In this document: positions 58,271-64,000 of the stretch, piece after piece
Position numbering within the stretch: the stretch's first letter is position 1
Layout of the letters: each line of letters begins with the position of its first letter
Assembly: GCA_035084275.1 (NCBI GenBank)
Contig: CM068753.1
Location: 1,736,001 to 1,800,000 of the forward strand
From: Hydrolagus colliei
Taxonomy: Eukaryota
Direction of reading: 5' to 3'
DNA: 64,000 nt
Notes under the pieces: model-generated
Told to the model about the DNA's origin: nothing
What the model saw: the letters and a program-made list of their open reading frames with translations, nothing else
Databases searched by the model: none
Translations under genes and position numbers: made by a program

Positions 58271-59708
58271 TCTACAGTTAAAAGCATTAAAAAAAACACA
58301 CTGACCGGGGCAAAAGATATCCCAGTGAAGTGTACAAACTCTACTCTCCGTCATTCATTGGCAACTCTCACGAGACCAGCATTCGGCAAACTAAATAATA
58401 TACACCTTGCTTCGTGACGAGATGGGTTGTACTCTGTCTCAGCTCACATTATTACTTCATTTAAAATACTCTTTTTAAAAAAAAACATTTTTATTTTCAT
58501 TTTTTTAAATTAAAAAAAATCCCCACTGCTAAAAATTATATCTATCGTAGAAACAGTTAAGGAAGCACTGAGTCTTTTGAGCGTTTCCGCTCTTCAAGTA
58601 TGTTAGTCGACAAGGGCGAGGAAGAGGGGGAAGAGGGTTGGAAGGGATGGAGGTATCAGGAGGAGTGTGACTGCGGGTTCGTCGGGAGGCAAAGGGGAGA
58701 AAGGGAGAGTCAAGGAGAGAGAGTGAGAAAATCTTTTTCTTCAGCAATACTGGTGCTAGGAACCTGCAGCACATGGCACAGTGCTATCGCTATTAAGAGA
58801 ATACAGCGCTCTGAGGCAGACAACACACCACAGCGCGTTTCACGTTCAACAGGCGATTTTGTGAGAACCATTGACGCATGCAGTATTCCTTCAAGTTAGT
58901 CCAAAGGTGTGGAGTATTTTGAAACCATGGTGAGAGGCGCACTGATCGGTATGAAAAGTTAACCCTGAATCCATCTCCTTGGAACATGGAATGTGCTTTT
59001 GTTTCACAGTAAATTCTTTTTACTTTTTTTTTTCTCTTTTATTTATTAAGTACCGCGGGTTAGGGCGGATTCAAATAAAATATAAAAACATTTTTTCTTC
59101 TTTTTTTAAAAAAAAACCAAAATAGGCTGTGCAGTAAATTTCAGGCGATTTTGTTTGTGTGTATTTTTCTTTCTTTCGTTCTTCCTTCGGAGATATATTT
59201 TAGAGAGTAGAAAAGCAGGTGTAGTTGGTATCGCGATCATCTACGCGGCAAGCGTTCCGTGCTATCGGTCCGTCACTTTCTTCTCGCTAGCAGTCGGTTC
59301 TTCTGCTAGCGACGGTTAAAAAACCCTCCCCTGCCCCCATGCCACACCCTCCTGGGATGGATTTCCTCACCTACATTACCACAAAGTTATCCGGAAAAAT
59401 AACACGATCGATTTGAATCTCCAAATACTTCTGCAAAGTGTCATTCGGCGAAACGAAACGGGAAAAAAAGTGTCCTTTTCTCTCTCTCGCCTGGATCCCC
59501 CCCCCCACCCCCTCCCCCTCTCCCACTCACCCACACCCACCTCCTCTCCACACATAGGTATGTAAACAAATTCACTCCAGTTCGTCATCCACACATCATT
59601 AAGTTCCCGGCGATCACCGCCTGCCAGGCTGCCTGTCTGGCTAGCCGGTCGGCCGTCTGTCCATCTGTCTGTGTGCTCCCACCAGCATTCGGTCCGAGTG
59701 GCGTCCCA

Positions 59709-62680
59709 TCACTCGGGCGGAGGTAGGACACGGTCCATGTAGCCGGCGATGGCCTCCCAGTTCTTCCAAGCGAAGGCCGCCAGCACCACCAGGAACAAAG
59801 TGCTGAACGTCCGGCTGCGAGTCTTCATGAGCGGCACCAGGCAGTTAGCCACGGTGGAGACAAACACCAGCACCACCGCCATGACAGCCAGCAGCACGTT
59901 GATGAGTTTGCCCAGCAGGGTCCGGGCTGTGGCGTTCTCCAGCCCCTCCAGCTGCACGGCTTGTTGCTGCTGCTGCTGCAGTTCCATCTTGGAGATGCGC
60001 GTCTGACAGGCTTCCAGGGCTTCCTGCGTAGAAACACAGCAACACACACACACACACACAGGGTAAGCTCTTGCCTCTCACTGTCACCACTGCAGTTAAC
60101 ATGGGCCTGGGATGGGTGGGTGGGTGGGTGGGTGAGGGAGGGAGGGGAGGGAGGTGGGTGGGTTCACTCTAAACTTACCTAGCAATAGCCACCATTAACT
60201 GCTTGGGAGGAACCTGTAGCGGCTTTATGATCAGCAGATCCTGCCAAACTGCCTCCTATTGCTGGCTGAAATACAGGGACACTAAACAGGTTAACACAAG
60301 TGGGACTGACTTTTATGTTAAAAAAATATATGTAAGTATATATTTTTTTAAAAAAACCTTAGGACATTTCAGAAATGCTTTGTACTATCAAGTAAAAACA
60401 AAGGTCAAAAGGAAGGGATTTTTAATTTTTTTAAAAAAAAAGTAGATTTTACAAACAAAAAACTCCAGCAAATTGATTCTGGTCAAAGGAAATATATATT
60501 TCCCTCCCCCTGTTCTGGTAAGGCTGCAGTATTATTCCCTCCAACACCCTGGTATTACTGGTGTTGATAAATCCTTATGGTGACTGGTGGCGATATTAAT
60601 GATAATAAGCCTAGCATTTGATACAGCGAATCATCGGGTTTTGGACAGGTGTCTCAAATCACTTCGCTGGATACACTGTAAAGTGTACTGACTGCGGAGA
60701 TCAATTGTAGGCCCCCAAATTCAACCCTAGCAAGAGGAGATCAGCTAGCGTGAAGCAAAGACCTGGGATTGTATCTACAACCTTTCCTGTCTATGGCTCA
60801 GCTCTTCACTGTACATTGGAGAATCTCTGTTTGCTGGGGATTTACCTGTTCTGCATTAAATATATTTTGCTGTGGCGATGGGAGGGGGGTTGGGTGGTTG
60901 GGGGGTAGTGGGGTGGTAGGGAGGGAAAAGAAGAAAAAACAAACATTTAAAAGCACGGAATCCTACACTTGCAATAATCTCATCAGCAGCAGCACTCCAT
61001 CGTCAAGGGGCAGATAGTCTAATGTTGTCATAAAGAGTTCAATAATATTTACTATATTCAGTACAACAGTCAAACAAATCTGTACAGAATATTTTCTTGA
61101 AAAACTTGCATCTGCGAAGGAGCGATTCATAGGATCAGGAGGAGACCATTCAGCCCCTCAAGCCTGTTCCGCCTTCTATAAGATCCTGGCTGATCTGTAC
61201 CTCAACTCCTATGACCCACTCTTGTTCTGTATCCCTCGATGTCCTGACCTAACAAAAATGTATCCATCTTGAAAGTACATAATAATAATAGCATTTGATA
61301 TAGGGCCTCATCGCGTCTTCAAGGCGTCTCAAAGCTTAAAATTACCCTAAGGTGCTATGCAATAAGAGGAGATTCTCTCTGGGAATGTCACACTTTGCAG
61401 AAGAAAATGCTGTGAGTCGGGTTGAGACAGAGTGAAGTGCGAAAGGCGCTACATCAAACACAACTTATATTATGTTAAACTGGGCCTGAGCTGGCACAAC
61501 ATGAAAGAACGTGAGGCTCAGTTTTATTCTCCCCCCACCTCCAGGGTATCAATGTCATTACATATGTCTTGTGACAACACTGAAATCTCCCTGAAGCAGT
61601 TACTACTGGGGATCAGGTTAGTGCCAAGCATATACTCTGCACTCAAAGCTCTTTCAACATTGGATGCAAACATTAATGAGTTACTCCACTGCTCGCTCAG
61701 TTGCTAAAGCCCTCATCTCATGTGGAATTCAGCCACACCGAGGGACCCACTTTCCATGACTTAGCACTGGGAGAGCTCCCAACTGGTGTGTTAGCCTAGG
61801 TTGAGTTGGTAGCATTCTTTCCCAGAACATTATGAATATGATAATTAATCAGCACTGTGAAGTAGTGCCATTTATGTATCTTATATAATGATATTTCTTC
61901 AATTTTGCTTTTGGACTAATTAAACACACAGAGCAAAACAGAGCACAAGAAGCAAAGGTAATCCATCCAATGAGTCACTGGTTAATGAATTCTTATTTCT
62001 GGAGCTAATTAACGCATTGTTGGGAGATATTATTGAGTGGAAATGTCAAGTCAAGTGACTTGAGAGTTCAGACCTCTGCATGCTAGTTTCAGCCAAACTG
62101 CCAACTGATGGAAATCAACAACAACAACTTGCATTATATAGACCTACTCATTGGGGGAAGTGTCCTGGATTGCTACATCAACAAAATTACATTGGGAGGA
62201 TGTCCCAAGGCATTGAACAGTCAGGTCAGGACCCAAGCAAGGGGGAGGGGCGAGAGAAAGTTAGGAGGGCGGGGGGAAGAGAGTTAGGAGGGCGGCAGAA
62301 GGCACGGTCGAAGAGGAGGGTCTTGAGACTGGCCCTTGGAGGAGGCGAGGGAGGAAGTGAGGCAAAGGGGCTCTGGGATGGAGTTCCAGAGTGTGTGGAG
62401 GCAGAGAGAGGCTACTAGTCCAAAGTCTACAGAAGAGAGGGTTACTTGTGGAATCTTGGGACCAAAGATTAATGGAGAGCACAGTGAACTAGTTGTGTAG
62501 GAGGTAACAGTTATCTCAGCTCGTGAGTTTTTTTTATTACTGACCTGAATGTCTCGCGCCCGCTCATATGACTGGTAGGCCATTTTCTCCTCCATACTCG
62601 CTAGCTCCTGCTTCAGATTGAGGATCTCGTTTTGGTGGAGTTCGGTCAAGTCGTTCAGTTGCTCTTCCAGCCGCTCGCAC
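59709..62680 (-). CDS. TMCC1: Transmembrane and coiled-coil domain family 1, last two coding exons (gene extends beyond the right edge)
   Basis: Exons 62680-62545 ([45 protein letters not shown]) and 60023-59709 ([43 protein letters not shown].., two TM helices). Paralogue assigned by synteny. Confidence 0.93.
61128..61280 (-). mobile_element. CR1-clade LINE 3' end
   Basis: Reverse complement of the same terminus as at 46060-46292 (CCATTCAGCCCCTCAAGCCTGTTCCGCC on +). Confidence 0.7.
62115..62420 (-). mobile_element. L2 LINE 3' end
   Basis: [23 protein letters not shown] remnant followed by hairpin and (TTG)n tails. Confidence 0.7.
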
Positions 62681-64000
62681 CTATTAATAAGAAGCAGCGA
62701 ATGTAGCAGGGAATGTGTTTTAAACGGGAGAATAAATTGGCACCACTTACTTTGGATGTGTGTATGTGTGTTAAAAAAAAGTTAAGATATTCCGTGTCAT
62801 TTCCAGTAACATGTACTTGTCATGGAAACTCAATTGGAGAGAAAGAGAGCGAGACATTCTCTGATCGTTGAAGAACAAGCTCGACCAAGATATTTAGAGG
62901 ATGAGAGAGGATGTCGGTGGGCGAGGGGGGCTGGACAGTGCAGAGGAAAAGAAAAAGTGAGAGAGAGAATAAAAAGTGAGCGAGTGAGGGGAAGTACAAT
63001 AACAAGAACTTGCATTCACGCAGCGCCCTTCACATGGGGTAGTGTCCTAGAACACTTGACAGTGACGGACGGAGTCTGACATTGAGCCAGGGAGAGGAGG
63101 AGGGAATGAGGGAGGTGACTGAAAGCACGATCAAAAGAGAAGGTCTTTAGGCGGATTTGAAGGGAGGGAGCCAGGGAGGAAGTAAGATAAGAAGGGAGCC
63201 TGTGGTGCAGAGTAGAAGCAACACTCTAAACTGATGCTGACTGTAAATAAGCTGAAACAAGCAAACTCTTGTAAAGAGGTCTTTGTTTGAAAATGCTGGG
63301 CAAACATTTGCTGTTTGCCAAACCCTCGATTCAGTTCATGTGGAGACACTACTGGAATGTGAACGTCATTGCTTCACTTAAGTGCCATGTCACAACTGGG
63401 AGAAAAAAGTGCCAGAGTTATTTTCTTTCAATAATAAGAAAGATTATTACTATTATTATTTGATTCTCATCTCTGTCTAGTGAGAGTTTATTGCTCCATT
63501 TAATAAGAATAATCCTTAAGCATTTGACATGGCGCATCATCAGGTCTTTGAGATGTCACAGAGCGCTGTAAAGTAAATTGACTGAATATTTTTGTGGGTG
63601 AAACATGGTAGCCAATTGCATGCAGCAGTCTCCCATAAACAGTCTGGGAATTAAGCAACCATCAAAAGGGAAGGTGCAGCTAATGAGAAAATACACAATA
63701 TTTAAATCAGATGCTTCTGGACTGGAATCAGATCATTGGTGAGTAATGCAACTTATTGGACAGTGTCAACAGCTCCTCCCACTCTCTGATGAGGCCACTA
63801 ACAACTGCTGTTAAGGGCATCAAGTGAATGGAAACAAAACATAATAAAGATTTACACAGTGTCTTTGGATGAAGAAGCCCTTTGGCCGACCTGACCACTT
63901 CCTTGTAGAAAGCCCATCCTTCTGCCTTCCTATCAAACTATTTTTTCTTTAGATGAGTTAAGCGGCTTGGGACTTCCTCCTGATGTGAAAGGCGCTCCAT

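Overview
Eukaryotic (vertebrate) genomic DNA, not prokaryotic, so most listed ORFs are spurious or single exons. The window is the conserved rhodopsin synteny block: EFCAB12 (-, 5' part), MBD4 (-), a shared CpG-island promoter, IFT122 (+, 29 coding exons, 1186 aa, one U12 intron), RHO (+, 5 exons, 353 aa), oocyte linker histone H1-8/H1foo (+), a 200-N gap, and the last two exons of TMCC1 (-). The intron-containing RH1, compact introns and the SINE/L2/CR1 repeats suggest a cartilaginous fish, most likely a chimaera (inference). No exons of PLXND1, which lies between H1-8 and TMCC1 in human, are visible; it may be hidden in the gap. Main points of interest: a blue-shift-type rhodopsin (S292) lacking Cys322, frame breaks in MBD4 (possibly an 82-nt intron) and H1-8, four splice acceptors whose pyrimidine tract is an L2 3' tail, and a hAT MITE inserted in a SINE. 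I found no convincing wholly new biological system. Exon coordinates were read by hand; family assignments rest on recalled sequences, not database searches.
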